NCBI GenBank assembly: GCA_002633005.1
Contig: NMRA01000320.1
Span: forward strand, 358,405 to 422,404
From: Phoronis australis
Taxonomy: Eukaryota; Animalia; Phoronida
DNA length: 64,000 nucleotides
Direction: 5' to 3'
Positions 62,278 to 64,000 of this stretch are shown here, piece after piece. Each line of letters begins with the position of its first letter. Positions within the stretch are counted from its first letter, which is position 1. Under the pieces are notes generated by a model, which did not search any database, was not told the DNA's origin, and saw only the letters and a program-made list of their open reading frames with translations. Made by a program: the position numbers and the translations under genes.

Positions 62278-62620
62278 NCACGGATACGGCAAACGCCACG
62301 TTGAGGCAAACTTGCCGTTTATCGGGTCCCAAAAAGCCCCTCAGTCCCTAAGTAACGCACTGAAATTCATAAGCCCAGAAATCAGTTCTAATCAAAGAAA
62401 TTAAAAAATAAGTTGAGACCACTTTATAACGTTCAGTTCACGCAAATTTAAGTGAAGTCAAATCCAAGACGTAAAAGGTTACAAGTGAGGTCAAGACTTT
62501 TTGAGATATTCTGTTAGCATATGAGAGACTGTTATACTATTATCATCTTCAGGGTTGGCGTCCAGGTGTTGCAGGTAATTTCAATTTTTTAGGTTACTTA
62601 AAGTTGATCATATGAAAATG

Positions 62621-62857
62621 AAAATAATTGCAGGCTGTCTGGTACGCGTTGTACCAGACGTGTGCAGGCAGCTCATAAGGGCCCATTGCACTGATCACAA
62701 GGAACCATTTTTGTGCTTTATTGATATGTAGTTAAAACTGAGCAGAGAAGCTAGAAACCAGACACAAAGGTCCAGCAGTGTGGCCCAGTGAGGCTCGAAC
62801 CCACGACCTCAAGTAAAGAAAGCGGGTACCTATCACACTAGGCCGCACTGTCTCCTA
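62621..62857 (-). mobile_element. tRNA-derived SINE (fuller copy of 16671-16870)
   Basis: Minus-strand head taggagacagtgcggcctagtgtg (A-box-like) ... gggttcgagcc (B box). Confidence 0.7.
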
Positions 62858-64000
62858 TAGTTGATCGTATTGTTTGTGTTGTAGTGGCATACATTGAGTA
62901 TTTAATCTATGCCAACAGCTTCGGCGTTGTTTCATTCATAATAGGATTTCGTTCTGTAAATCGCAATCTCTTGATCACCATTTGCCCATAGCTAGAATAG
63001 AATGAAAGATTTTGAATGCTATGTTACAGTCAGAGTATTAAACGTGAACTTCACCTTCAACGGAACTTATCGAGTCAGATTTGTCTTAGCTGCGGAGTGT
63101 TAGGATATTACAGCAATTGCGCTCGGTTCTGCACTACTGCAAATTTCTGTAAAATTACGTTTCTTGTTGAGAACTGAAGGAGACACGAAACAGTTTTCCA
63201 GGCTCTAATAGTACTGTACTCAATAATCTATGAAATATATTACACTTGATTGTACTCGTGAGCAAAATCGGTAAAAGCATGAGGACTTAGTAAGTGCAAT
63301 ATTTGCCTCGGTAAATTTTTAGCCGTGTGCTGTGTAAAAGTGATACCACACCATTTTAGACTGTGAGCCCTTTACTACAATGTCTACAATCCGCCAGTGC
63401 TTCATTTGACTCTTCCATTTGAAATGCGACGTGTATGACGCTCAATGGGCGTTAACTGCATCGACTATTTGGGTAAGCGCCCAAATCCAACTTCTGAACA
63501 ACATCGTTAAAATCGACTACGACCATGCTCGGCTAAACGCCCACCCCCTAATGCTCGAGTTCCCAGTTCAAGCGCCCCCTTGGATAGCGATGATAGTTTA
63601 ATATTCCCATTTATTATTGTGGGTTTATTGTCTAGAACCCGGATATGCTCACTGCGGTTTCAGGGCTGAATTTTATTGTATTCTATTTTTGTGTAGGTCT
63701 TCATAAATTGGTAACTGTTAAAACATTTAAGCGGTCTGGGCAGAAATCTGGACGAGTACATAATTTCTAAATGATGAAAATAAATTAATGTGTGTGTTTA
63801 ACACGGAGAGCTCTTTTCTCGTGTACCACAACAATAGTATTCACAACTGTTCCTCGATTTTATGAAATAAAAGAATCAAAGAACACGTGTTGCCCTCAGA
63901 TATCTCCGAACTGTTAAAGATTAATTTACAAAATGTGGGCACATTTTTCCATCATAACCCTGCTCTCTTAGCAAAAACGTTGTGGTAAACTGTAATGAAA

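Overview
AT-rich animal genomic DNA with spliceosomal GT-AG introns, probably from a marine invertebrate; the species cannot be determined from the sequence. I could reconstruct four protein-coding genes by hand. (1) A complete 4-exon ZNFX1-type gene on the minus strand (10326-18653, 1831 aa): RG-rich N-terminus, UPF1-like SF1 helicase, NF-X1 zinc fingers, RING-like motif and C-terminal RZ finger. (2) A 9-exon GAS8/DRC4 ciliary gene on the plus strand (25604-35743, 485 aa), head-to-head with ZNFX1, with an X-box-like promoter motif. (3, 4) Two paralogous single-coding-exon MS4A/CD20-like four-transmembrane genes on the minus strand (41654-42265 and 60174-60884). The rest is dense in mobile DNA: PIF/Harbinger MITEs with TWA TSDs, CAG-ended MITEs with 5-bp TSDs (hAT5-like), a Tigger-like MITE, a decayed Academ element with a nested insertion, tRNA-derived SINEs, LINE fragments, and a Penelope GIY-YIG remnant beside a degenerate minimal hammerhead ribozyme. 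There are also foldback hairpins, minisatellites, interstitial telomere-like repeats and a probable haplotype-duplication artefact at a single N. I found no clearly novel biological system. The best leads are the ZNFX1 architecture and regulation, the 5-bp-TSD MITE target bias, and the hammerhead remnant.
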